From IMG/VR virus record IMGVR_UViG_3300032288_002134, positions 872 through 64,871 of that record: 64,000 nt of DNA, one strand, 5' to 3'. Of the stretch, positions 8,099 to 16,774 are shown in pieces. Position 1 is the first letter of the stretch, and the number at the start of each line of letters is the position of its first letter. Made by a program: the position numbers and the translations under genes. The notes below the pieces were generated by a model. It did not search any database. It was not told the origin of the DNA and saw only the letters and a list, made by a program, of their open reading frames with translations. This DNA is from a virus (Duplodnaviria; Caudoviricetes).

Positions 8099-8306
8099 AA
8101 TGGTAAACCATCCGGACCATTATGGAGGAAAAGATAACCAATACGAAGCAATAAAAGTAATAGAGGCTTGGAATCTTGACTTCCACCTTGGGAATGCCGT
8201 AAAGTATATCTCAAGAGCAGGTAAAAAAGAGTCTATGATACAAGACCTAGAGAAAGCAAAATGGTATCTTGAAAGAAAAATACAAATCTTAAAAACAAAA
8301 TTCTAA
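8082..8306 (+). CDS. DUF3310 (T7 gp1.7/SaV-like nucleotide kinase family)
   Basis: VNHPDHY, GNAVKYISRAGKK, DLEKAKWYL. Confidence 0.85.
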   Translation: MERNIEMVNHPDHYGGKDNQYEAIKVIEAWNLDFHLGNAVKYISRAGKKESMIQDLEKAKWYLERKIQILKTKF

Positions 8307-9151
8307 TGAAACATTCTCTCCACTCTTCGTTCTATCCACATATTGATGGGCGTAAGTTTACAGCAGTAGTAAAAAAGCTAAGACAGTTCTTTGATGAGAG
8401 AGGCTTTCTTGAGGTACATACTCAGAACAGACTTAGCATCCTATCTGCCTGTGAAGACCCATTTAACATCAGAACATTCTACTATAATCGAAACACCTAT
8501 CCGCTTCCGCAGACTGGGCAGATGTGGCTTGAGCATGAGCTACTGAATAATCCAAAAGAGAAAGGGTTCTATTGTCTTTCGACAAGTTACAGAGATGAAG
8601 CCAATCCGATAGAGGGAAGACACTGCCTCATCTTCCCAATGTTTGAGTTTGAGTTCCCAGGTAGTATGTCAAACCTCCACTTGATGGAGACAGAATTGTT
8701 AGAGTTTCTCGGTTTCAAAGACCATCAGATTGCCAACTATGAAGATCTGTGCAAAGAATACAATGTCGAAATCATAGACTCAGAGGTAGAAGGCAAGATA
8801 GGAAATGAGAAGTCAAACGTATTCTCAATCTTGAACTTTCCGGAAAGAACCAATCCATTCTGGAATATGGCAAGAGCCAATAACGGCAAAGCTAAAAAAA
8901 TTGATGTCATCCTGTACGGACAAGAGACCATTGGAAGCGCAGAGCGTTCTTGCGATAAGGAAGAGATGAGAAAGATATTCTTTGAGATTGAAGGAGGCAG
9001 ATATGCCGATAAGCTATTCAGTCTTTTTGGATATGACAGAGTAATGACTGAGCTAAACGAGTTTCTATCAAATGACTTCTTCCAAAGAGTAGGTGGTGGT
9101 ATTGGTATCACCAGACTTATCAGGGCAATGGAGTTAAATAATATCTTATAG
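8306..9151 (+). CDS. class II aaRS catalytic-domain paralog (AsnRS/AspRS-like, no anticodon domain)
   Basis: Motif 1 FFDERGFLEVHT, motif 2 YRDE...RH..IFPMFEFE, motif 3 GGGIGITRL; 281 aa. Confidence 0.85.
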   Translation: MKHSLHSSFYPHIDGRKFTAVVKKLRQFFDERGFLEVHTQNRLSILSACEDPFNIRTFYYNRNTYPLPQTGQMWLEHELLNNPKEKGFYCLSTSYRDEANPIEGRHCLIFPMFEFEFPGSMSNLHLMETELLEFLGFKDHQIANYEDLCKEYNVEIIDSEVEGKIGNEKSNVFSILNFPERTNPFWNMARANNGKAKKIDVILYGQETIGSAERSCDKEEMRKIFFEIEGGRYADKLFSLFGYDRVMTELNEFLSNDFFQRVGGGIGITRLIRAMELNNIL

Positions 9152-9172
9152 ATTTGAATTTTAGGAATGTTA

Positions 9173-9199
9173 GGGGCTAGGGAAACCTAGTCCTTTTTT
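9173..9199 (+). terminator. intrinsic terminator before groES
   Basis: GGGCTAGG-GAAA-CCTAGTCC followed by T6. Confidence 0.75.
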
Positions 9200-9220
9200 A
9201 AATTAAATCAAATTAAATTT

Positions 9221-9478
9221 ATGCAACCAATAGGTAAATACATCGTGGTCTCCAATATTGACGAGGAGATAAAGACAGACTCAGGAATAATCCTTTCCGG
9301 AGAAGATGCCAATCAGTTCAGATACAAGAAAGGCAAAGTAATAAAGCCAGGTACTGACGTATCTGTCATCAAAGAAGGTGATGTAATCTACTATGACAAA
9401 GGGCAGTCATTCACTATGATCATCAACGATGGTCAGTACACTATAATTCGGGAAGTTGATGTTGTTGTAGTTTCCTAG
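9221..9478 (+). CDS. groES: co-chaperonin GroES
   Basis: MQPIGKYIVV, KTDSGIIL mobile loop, GKVIKPG, IKEGDVIYY. Confidence 0.88.
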   Translation: MQPIGKYIVVSNIDEEIKTDSGIILSGEDANQFRYKKGKVIKPGTDVSVIKEGDVIYYDKGQSFTMIINDGQYTIIREVDVVVVS

Positions 9479-9884
9479 CCTCATTCATTTTCTTTATCAT
9501 TTGCTTATATACCTTGTCGGTATAAGAAACATTCTTTGCGAACATTGGATTATTTGTTACAGTCATTGGAACTAGATCTCCATTGAGCTTCTCATATATT
9601 CCATTGACGATATTCCTTCCCTTTTTAGATAGCTGATAGAGTCTTCTTGAATTTTTATTTTCTCTGAATATTTCAATAAGACCTTTCTCTATCATGTTTT
9701 TTATCCTATTCTTATTCCAAGGCAATATCCCTTGGTAATCTTTTATTTTGATGTAGTCGAAATACCCTTCTGAGTATAAAAACAACAGCATATCCAACTC
9801 TTGTTGCGATATGTCATACTTTCTTTTGTAGAAATAAAATATTACTTTGTAATATTTCAGATAGTCTTTTGGAATTTTTGTCAT
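9441..9884 (-). CDS. MarR-like winged-helix DNA-binding protein
   Basis: ISQQELDMLLFLY...MIEKGLIE...RRLYQLSKKG. Confidence 0.65.
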   Translation of the reverse strand: MTKIPKDYLKYYKVIFYFYKRKYDISQQELDMLLFLYSEGYFDYIKIKDYQGILPWNKNRIKNMIEKGLIEIFRENKNSRRLYQLSKKGRNIVNGIYEKLNGDLVPMTVTNNPMFAKNVSYTDKVYKQMIKKMNEARKLQQHQLPEL

Positions 9885-9964
9885 AAGATTAAATTTAATT
9901 AGATTTTTTTGTAAATATAATAAAGAAAAACATTTATATTTGACCTTAAAATAAATTTTGTACT

Positions 9965-10159
9965 ATGGCAAAAGAAAAAAGTTTATCTCAGAGGCTAAAT
10001 GATATAAATTTTAGCAATAGCCAAATACCTTTGGTTACAAATTTGCAAGAAGGAAAGAAAAAAATGGGTCGTGGATCAAAAAGAACACAGAGTTCTACAA
10101 AGATACAAGGTCTACAGACACTAAAGAATACACTTGGAACGCAGTATATGAAAAAGTAA
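9965..10159 (+). CDS. small basic protein
   Basis: ORF downstream of TATATTTG (9935-9942). Confidence 0.6.
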   Translation: MAKEKSLSQRLNDINFSNSQIPLVTNLQEGKKKMGRGSKRTQSSTKIQGLQTLKNTLGTQYMKK

Positions 10160-10189
10160 AGCAATTGTTAACAACTTAATTTTTAAAAA

Positions 10190-10360
10190 ATGAAAAAGAC
10201 CTCTTCAACTCCAAACTTACCTATGTCTTCTCGTCTTCAGCCTCCTGGTGGAAGCGACAAAACAGCTCCAATGATGGGTGCTAAACCTAAAAAAGGTGCA
10301 ACTAAGAAAGAAATGGGTGGTGCTACCAAAAAAGGAATGGCTAGCAAAAAGAAATACTAG
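10190..10360 (+). CDS. small Lys/Met/Gly-rich protein (56 aa)
   Basis: Read by eye: MKKTSSTPNLP...ASKKKY. Confidence 0.6.
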   Translation: MKKTSSTPNLPMSSRLQPPGGSDKTAPMMGAKPKKGATKKEMGGATKKGMASKKKY

Positions 10361-10623
10361 TGAAAATCGAAAGCCAAAAGCATATGGGGAGAAACCAACT
10401 TGTAGATAGGCTAGCATCGCAAGTTGGGTCTCTTCAAAAAGCCAAAAGTATTCTTATTAGCAGGGGTGACATGAAAAAAGATGGCACTCTTACCGAGGAA
10501 GGGCAAAAAAGAAATAAAATGACAGCTGAAGAACGTGCAATAGACAGAGCGTCTAAGAAATCAAAGCGTTCAAAGTCAGAATACACATACAATCCAATAA
10601 CAAACAGAGCAACTTTAAAATAA
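10360..10623 (+). CDS. small basic protein
   Basis: ORF; GTG start overlaps the previous stop. Confidence 0.65.
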   Translation: MKIESQKHMGRNQLVDRLASQVGSLQKAKSILISRGDMKKDGTLTEEGQKRNKMTAEERAIDRASKKSKRSKSEYTYNPITNRATLK

Positions 10624-10630
10624 AACAACT

Positions 10631-10807
10631 ATGGCAAAGGGAAAAAAGTCATTAGCCGAAAAATCAGAAAACGACATAGAATTACAATCGAAGATAGAGC
10701 AGCAAATAGAGCAACAAGTAGAGCAACAAGTAGAAGAAAAAAATCCTCACAACGAAGGAGTGACATCAAGAGATTATCGTAGCTTAATTAAAAAAGATGG
10801 CGAATAA
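10631..10807 (+). CDS. small protein with (I/V)EQQ repeats (58 aa)
   Basis: Read by eye; 12-nt tandem repeat TAGAGCAACAAG. Confidence 0.5.
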   Translation: MAKGKKSLAEKSENDIELQSKIEQQIEQQVEQQVEEKNPHNEGVTSRDYRSLIKKDGE

Positions 10808-11087
10808 ATCATCAATGAAATGCAATAATCCGGTAGCTTCTGATAGACCTGGAAAGAAAAACATGGTGAAAGCTTGTTCCGGTGGTCAAGAAAAACTGGT
10901 ACACTTTGGTGCTAAGGGTTATGGTAACAACTACTCCGATGCTGCAAGGAAAAGCTTCAAGGCAAGACATAAATGTGATAGCGCAGACGATAAACTAACA
11001 GCAAGATATTGGGCTTGCAAGCATCTGTGGGCAGGTAAAGGTGGATCAACAACAAGTAACCCTAAAAATAGACAAGGCAAATACTAA
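10797..11087 (+). CDS. conserved basic phage protein (DUF6321-like)
   Basis: KLVHFG...ARKSFKARHKC...ARYWACKHLW. Confidence 0.6.
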   Translation: MANKSSMKCNNPVASDRPGKKNMVKACSGGQEKLVHFGAKGYGNNYSDAARKSFKARHKCDSADDKLTARYWACKHLWAGKGGSTTSNPKNRQGKY

Positions 11088-11422
11088 TGAAAGACTCTTG
11101 TTACAAAAAAGTAAAAGCACAATACGATGTGTTTCCTTCAGCAAGGGCTTCACAGGCAATAGCCAAGTGTAGAAAGCAAAGCGGTAATGTAGTAAAGTCA
11201 GAAAAAGGCTCAAGCCTAAAGAGATGGGAGAAAGAAAATTGGGTTGACACAAGAACAGATAAACCTTGTGGCGCAGGTGGCAAGAATGAATATTGCAGAC
11301 CTACAAAACGAGTAAGTTCAGAGACACCAAAGACAAAAAGCGAACTAACCTCATCTCAATTGAAAAGTAAAAAGGCTGAGAAGTCAAGAGTCGGAATGGG
11401 TAACAGAGTAACTAAAGCATAA
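11087..11422 (+). CDS. conserved basic viral protein (DUF5872-like)
   Basis: FPSARAS, LKRWEKENWVD, YCRPTKRVS..TPKT. Confidence 0.55.
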   Translation: MKDSCYKKVKAQYDVFPSARASQAIAKCRKQSGNVVKSEKGSSLKRWEKENWVDTRTDKPCGAGGKNEYCRPTKRVSSETPKTKSELTSSQLKSKKAEKSRVGMGNRVTKA

Positions 11423-11426
11423 CACC

Positions 11427-11600
11427 ATGAAAGAAGAAAATAAAAGCAGAGGTCTAGGAGACACTGTAGAAAAAATAATGAAGGCAACCGGAATCAAAAA
11501 GGTTGTTGATGTTACAACAAAAGCAGTTGGTGTAAAAGACTGTGGTTGTGACAAAAGAAGAGATGCATTAAACAGAATCTTTCCATATAACAACAAATAA
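11427..11600 (+). CDS. small phage protein with GLGDTVEK and DCGC motifs (57 aa)
   Basis: Read by eye; ACACCATG start. Confidence 0.65.
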   Translation: MKEENKSRGLGDTVEKIMKATGIKKVVDVTTKAVGVKDCGCDKRRDALNRIFPYNNK

Positions 11601-11602
11601 AA

Positions 11603-12103
11603 ATGGCAAACGTAAGAATACAACCAGGTAGAGCATTGAATATTATAAATTCTGATGATGCTAATATTCCATTTCCTACAATTAACGCTACCGGAACAGA
11701 TACTACTGCGCCTATTGGCAACCAACTAATTGACAACACAAAAGATTTCGTTGCTTTAAACGTTTGTCCTGGAAATATTGTTTATAATACAACTTCTCAA
11801 CTTGCTGCTACAATAATAGCCTATCCAAATCCTTTAACTCCTGATACCATTGAACTTAATGCAAGCATCTTTACCGGTGCAGGTGACAATTATGTCATCT
11901 ATCAATCAGGTCCTATGGCAGGGGGTGGCTCAAACTTCGGATGTGTCTTATATGTAGGAGGAGTAGGAAGCGTAAGAGTATTAACAACAGATCAAGACGA
12001 TGTAACATTCTTTGGAGTACAGACAGGTACATTTATGCCAGTGCAAGTAGTAAAGGTATTTGCAACAGGAACTTCAGCAACCGATATAGTAGCACTTTGG
12101 TAA
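11603..12103 (+). CDS. putative virion structural protein
   Basis: Beta-rich; C-terminal GTFMPVQVVKVFATGT. Confidence 0.55.
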   Translation: MANVRIQPGRALNIINSDDANIPFPTINATGTDTTAPIGNQLIDNTKDFVALNVCPGNIVYNTTSQLAATIIAYPNPLTPDTIELNASIFTGAGDNYVIYQSGPMAGGGSNFGCVLYVGGVGSVRVLTTDQDDVTFFGVQTGTFMPVQVVKVFATGTSATDIVALW

Positions 12104-13147
12104 ATGATAATAGGGATAGCAAATATTATTGGGTGTAAAAACACTAATGGATCTGGTCAGCCTCCATTGAATATTGTACCTCCTTCATTGTCCGGTAGTC
12201 CGGTAGTGGGGCAGGTATTAACTTGTTCTGATGGTACATGGACAGGAACAATACCTATAACATTTACCTATCAATGGCAAAGAAATGGATCTGATATAAT
12301 AGGAGAAATATCATCCACATACACTTTAGTTCAAGCAGATGCAGGAACTTCCGTTTCTTGTACTGTTTACGCAACAAATATAGTCACTACTAATAGCGTT
12401 TCAAGCGATTCATTGTCAATAATGGATGCTAACGCACAGGCTTTTCTTACAGCAGCAAGCATAACAGATGCAACCATATCAAGTGCAATAAATTCATTAG
12501 TTGTAGGATTTAAGACTAATGGAATATGGGGCAAAATGCAAGCTATCTACCCTTTCGTAGGTGGCACTGCTTCCACTCATAAATGGAACTTGAAAAATCC
12601 ATTAGATACTGATGCAGCATTTAGATTAGTTTTCAATGGTGGATGGACACATACAAGTAATGGTATAACAGGAAATGCAGTTAATGCTTTTGCTAATAGT
12701 TTTTTAAATGCTTCTGTTACTATTTTAAATAATGGGTCAATAGGTATTTATGTAAGAACAAATATCAATGAGATGGCTTATGATTTTACAAATATAGTAG
12801 GTGGTACAGAACAGTCAGTTATATCAAGATGGTCAACTAACTTATTCTATGTAAATTCGGGTTCTGCTACCTATCCAAATGCTGCTAATACAGATTCAAG
12901 AGGATTGTTTAGTATGTGTTATAATAGCAAAGTTTTAGGTTATAAAAATAGTACATTACTGATAACAGAGAATAAAGCATCTACCGGAGCAAACAATACT
13001 TTCAAGATTGGGGGTACTGGATTCAGTAATTATTCTTCTAAAAATTATGCGTTTGCTTATATTGCAGACGAACTAAATGCAACAGAAATAACTTCTTTGT
13101 ATAATTATATTCAAACATTTCAAACTACACTCGGAAGACAGGTATGA
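12104..13147 (+). CDS. putative tail/spike protein with Ig-like and lectin-like domains
   Basis: PSLSGSPVVGQVLTCSDGTW...YQWQRNG Ig-like motif. Confidence 0.6.
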   Translation: MIIGIANIIGCKNTNGSGQPPLNIVPPSLSGSPVVGQVLTCSDGTWTGTIPITFTYQWQRNGSDIIGEISSTYTLVQADAGTSVSCTVYATNIVTTNSVSSDSLSIMDANAQAFLTAASITDATISSAINSLVVGFKTNGIWGKMQAIYPFVGGTASTHKWNLKNPLDTDAAFRLVFNGGWTHTSNGITGNAVNAFANSFLNASVTILNNGSIGIYVRTNINEMAYDFTNIVGGTEQSVISRWSTNLFYVNSGSATYPNAANTDSRGLFSMCYNSKVLGYKNSTLLITENKASTGANNTFKIGGTGFSNYSSKNYAFAYIADELNATEITSLYNYIQTFQTTLGRQV

Positions 13148-13362
13148 TACTAGTCGGGTTTTTAACAGAATATCAACGTAATGAATTAGTTGGACAATTG
13201 TATGACGAAGACAGTTATTTCAATCCTATTCAAGACTTCAATGACAATTGGATTATTTCACAAGAAGAGATGGATTTTTGTACAAACATTGAATTTTTTT
13301 GGGTAAAAGAATTACCTTTGATAGAATTTATTCCTAAAGAACAACCTTTTCCACCTTTATAA
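13144..13362 (+). CDS. small acidic protein, possible fibre chaperone
   Basis: Translationally coupled to the upstream gene. Confidence 0.55.
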   Translation: MILVGFLTEYQRNELVGQLYDEDSYFNPIQDFNDNWIISQEEMDFCTNIEFFWVKELPLIEFIPKEQPFPPL

Positions 13363-13371
13363 ATTATAATC

Positions 13372-13701
13372 ATGGACAACAATTCTTTAATAGACATATC
13401 AGCAGCAGCAGGTCTTTTTCTTTTTACCAGTACTGAAGTAGGAATAGAGTCTACAGTATTTGAAATTATCAGTAAGTTTGGTGTAGTTGCCGTACTTTGG
13501 TTTTGGCTTCGTGATATGAAGATACAAATGAAAGAGCAGCTTACAACATTTAGCACAGAGACAGAGAAGCTAAGAATAGAACACCAAGGAAACTTAAAAG
13601 AGGTTAGCGAAATCCATAAGGACTTTCGTGATAGAATGGAAAAACAAATAACAGTAAAAGACGAGCAGATCAAAACGCTTCAAGATAAACTAAAAGATTA
13701 A
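13372..13701 (+). CDS. holin-like membrane protein
   Basis: Hydrophobic segments plus coiled coil, near the amidase. Confidence 0.45.
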   Translation: MDNNSLIDISAAAGLFLFTSTEVGIESTVFEIISKFGVVAVLWFWLRDMKIQMKEQLTTFSTETEKLRIEHQGNLKEVSEIHKDFRDRMEKQITVKDEQIKTLQDKLKD

Positions 13702-13728
13702 AATGTGGTTTTTTTGGGTATTTAATAG

Positions 13729-13760
13729 GAAAAAGGTTGCCGACAAGTAGCCTTTTTTTT
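13729..13760. terminator. bidirectional terminator
   Basis: A-run, GGTTGC...GTAGCC, T-run between convergent genes. Confidence 0.6.
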
Positions 13761-14094
13761 ATTTTAACAATTTAACGCTTTTGGATATCTCGTTAACTGT
13801 TACAGATGTGATAAGTATCCAATTGATACAAGCCTCTACAATCTTTTCAGTATTCTGATTGCTCAACTTTAATCTTACAGCCACTTCTTTTTTAATCTCA
13901 GCAAGATAAGAATCGTTTACTCCTGCTTTTATTTCATCAATAGCTTGTGGCATTTGACGAACCAACTGAGGGATAGAGAATAACTTACCAGATAATCCAA
14001 GAATCTCTCTGAACTCTACTTTTTTGTCATCCAGGATAACGCCAATCTCGTTAATTAGATCAGCTACGATGCCAACACAATTTTTTAAGTACAT
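13759..14094 (-). CDS. hypothetical protein, inverted in the late region
   Basis: 111-aa ORF with TATATTTG on minus at 14180-14187. Confidence 0.65.
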   Translation of the reverse strand: MYLKNCVGIVADLINEIGVILDDKKVEFREILGLSGKLFSIPQLVRQMPQAIDEIKAGVNDSYLAEIKKEVAVRLKLSNQNTEKIVEACINWILITSVTVNEISKSVKLLK

Positions 14095-14245
14095 AATTTT
14101 TGATTTTAATAGTTATAAAAAACCCTATCACCTTACAGGGCAACAGGGATAACAAATTTTTAATCATTAAACTTTGAAACAAATATAATATTAAAATTTT
14201 AAAAATCAATTTTTAATATTACTTTTGTTTTTACAAAATAATCTT

Positions 14246-14893
14246 ATGAAACAAACCACACTTTTTATTGATGCAGGGCATGGAGGATTAGACCCAATGA
14301 CAAAGGAATACCTTACACCTCCTTCTATTGGTAAGAAAACACTTCATACCAATGGCAAGCCATATCATTATAATGGTTGGTTTTATGAGGGTCATTTTAA
14401 TAGACAGATAGCAACTGAGTTTATATCAGAAGCAACAAAAGCTGGATTCTATTGTATTCCGGTTTATCATCCTTGGAAGGATAACGCAATGAAAGACAGA
14501 ACAGACTTTGCTAATCAGCAGGCAATGAGACTACAGACTCAGTCTATGTTTTTATCTTTTCATGCTAATGCTGCCGGATCTACATCAGGACCTCAAACAT
14601 TTGCAGAAGGAGTATGTTCTTTTGTTTATAAGCTAGGAACAGAAACAGCAATATTAGCATTGGATATAACTCAAAATTTAGAGAAAGTATTTGATACCTA
14701 TGGAAGCAAGCGTAGAGCCGGTTTAGTTTTTGATAACTCTTTACACATGACAAGCCAAACTGCAATGCCGGCAATATTATTTGAACTTGGCTTTTTTGAT
14801 AATCCAAACAATGCAGACTTGCTTGTAAATCCGCAATTTAGAACACTTATTATAAAATCAATGGTAGAAACATTAAAAACAAAGCTACCGTAA
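14246..14893 (+). CDS. N-acetylmuramoyl-L-alanine amidase (Amidase_3), endolysin
   Basis: IDAGHGG, SFHANA, AILFELGF Zn/catalytic motifs. Confidence 0.9.
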   Translation: MKQTTLFIDAGHGGLDPMTKEYLTPPSIGKKTLHTNGKPYHYNGWFYEGHFNRQIATEFISEATKAGFYCIPVYHPWKDNAMKDRTDFANQQAMRLQTQSMFLSFHANAAGSTSGPQTFAEGVCSFVYKLGTETAILALDITQNLEKVFDTYGSKRRAGLVFDNSLHMTSQTAMPAILFELGFFDNPNNADLLVNPQFRTLIIKSMVETLKTKLP

Positions 14894-14908
14894 ATCTAAT
14901 CTAATCAA

Positions 14909-15145
14909 ATGGAAGACTTAAAAATGTACGTTTTAAAAGAAGAGCTTGACAAGATTCAAGGTATGAACTCTGATTTTGCTAAAGCAAAGATGGCATTAGG
15001 CGAATTAGAGTTGAACAAACAAGGTATTTTAAATCAGGTAAATGCCATGAAGATGGAATTTGCTGAGTATGAAAAGATGTTAATATCAAAATACGGTCAA
15101 GATTCCGTTATAAACTTGCAAACAGGCGAAGTAACTAAAAAATAA
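14909..15145 (+). CDS. coiled-coil protein
   Basis: Ends KYGQDSVINLQTGE; precedes tail fibres. Confidence 0.7.
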   Translation: MEDLKMYVLKEELDKIQGMNSDFAKAKMALGELELNKQGILNQVNAMKMEFAEYEKMLISKYGQDSVINLQTGEVTKK

Positions 15146-15167
15146 GTATAATTTAAACCAACATTAA

Positions 15168-16742
15168 ATGGCTAAGATAAGTACATACCCAGGACCTTCT
15201 TCCCCATCACTATCTGATATGCTGATAGGCACAGATGTGAATGACATGAACATGACTAAGAACTTTTCAATATTAGATATATTGTCTGTTTCTGGTTCAA
15301 CTGCTTATGTACCTTATACAGGAGCTACAGGAAATGTTGACTTAGGCTCTTATACTTTAACTACAGATATTTTGTATGCCACTACAAGCGTAGATACAAG
15401 TACAATTACATTCTCAGGTTCTTCATTTGTAATAGCTGATACCGGTTTTACTAATATTGGCTTAAATATAGACTTAGCTTCAAACAAATATTACTTAGGG
15501 GATACTATAGGATCATTAAATTCTACTACTATTGTTGTTGATGACTCTAATAGCAGAATAGAACTTAATGGTTCTATATATACCAATGGGTCAGTAGGAA
15601 CTGCTGGTCGAATATTAACAAGTCAAGGTGCAGGTCTTCCGGCAACTTGGGCTTTACCTAATTTTGTTCCATACACAGGAGCTACTGGAGATGTTTATCT
15701 TAATAATTTTAATATTACAGCAAATTCTTTTGTTGTCCTCGGAGGCAGTTCAAATCAATTTTTAAAAGCTGATGGATCTACAGATAGCAATGTAGTTCCA
15801 TATACCGGTGGGAATAATGACGTATTTCTTCCTGGATATGGATTTTACGCCAACGAGTTTGTTGTTTATGGAGGAACATACACACAGTTTCTTAAAGCAG
15901 ATGGCTCAATTGATAGTAATGCCTATGCTCTTGCGTCTTCTATAACAGGTCTTGTTCCATATACAGGAGCTACAGGAAATGTTGACTTAGGTGCTAATAG
16001 AATAATAACAGATGCAGTTTTAGCAAGAGCAAGTACAGGAATACTTTATTTGTCTCCATCGCCTTTTGATTTTGTAGGTGCAAAGTTTGATTTTCCAACA
16101 TCAGTTTATTCATTTGGAGATTATACTTCCCTTAGTGGTGGTACATATATTAAAATTGACGATGCTAATACTAGAATAGAATTAAGTAAAGGTATATACA
16201 CTAATGGGAGTGAGGGTACAATAGGTGATGTTTTAGTTAGTCAAGGTGCAGGTCTTCCGGCTCAATGGACTTCTGCACTAGCACCTGTTTATGGTTCTTT
16301 TTATGATGTTAATTCACAAACTACATTGGGTACTACAGAAGAACTGATGCAGTTTGGAACGACTGATATATCAGTAGGTGTAACAATTGTAAATAATGGT
16401 CTTGGAGATCCAACGAGAATAACAGTTGCATCAACAGGTGTTTATAATATTCAATTCTCGGCACAACTTACAAAAACAGGTGGTTCTACAGGAGATGTTT
16501 ATATATATCTTAAAAAGAATGGAATTATAGTTCCAAATTCAAATACTCAATTAACATTAGCAAATAACGGTCATTATGTTGTTGCATCGTGGAATTTCTT
16601 TGTTCAATTAAATGCAGGACAATATGCTGAAATAGCATGGTATTCTACAAACGCAAATGTTGAGTTGCATTACAATGCAATACCTGTAGTTGGACTTCCT
16701 GCAATACCTTCAATAATACTTACAGTAAACAGAGTAAGCTAA
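15168..16742 (+). CDS. tail fibre protein with internal repeats
   Basis: VPYTGATG and QFLKADGS repeats; C1q-like C-terminus GVYNIQFSAQL. Confidence 0.75.
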   Translation: MAKISTYPGPSSPSLSDMLIGTDVNDMNMTKNFSILDILSVSGSTAYVPYTGATGNVDLGSYTLTTDILYATTSVDTSTITFSGSSFVIADTGFTNIGLNIDLASNKYYLGDTIGSLNSTTIVVDDSNSRIELNGSIYTNGSVGTAGRILTSQGAGLPATWALPNFVPYTGATGDVYLNNFNITANSFVVLGGSSNQFLKADGSTDSNVVPYTGGNNDVFLPGYGFYANEFVVYGGTYTQFLKADGSIDSNAYALASSITGLVPYTGATGNVDLGANRIITDAVLARASTGILYLSPSPFDFVGAKFDFPTSVYSFGDYTSLSGGTYIKIDDANTRIELSKGIYTNGSEGTIGDVLVSQGAGLPAQWTSALAPVYGSFYDVNSQTTLGTTEELMQFGTTDISVGVTIVNNGLGDPTRITVASTGVYNIQFSAQLTKTGGSTGDVYIYLKKNGIIVPNSNTQLTLANNGHYVVASWNFFVQLNAGQYAEIAWYSTNANVELHYNAIPVVGLPAIPSIILTVNRVS

Positions 16743-16774
16743 ATATATTATAAAACAAATTCAAATATTACAAA

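Noticed and set aside
8306-9151. Functional asparaginyl- or aspartyl-tRNA synthetase (asnS/aspS)
   Set aside because: No N-terminal anticodon-binding domain; kept as a paralog without a gene symbol
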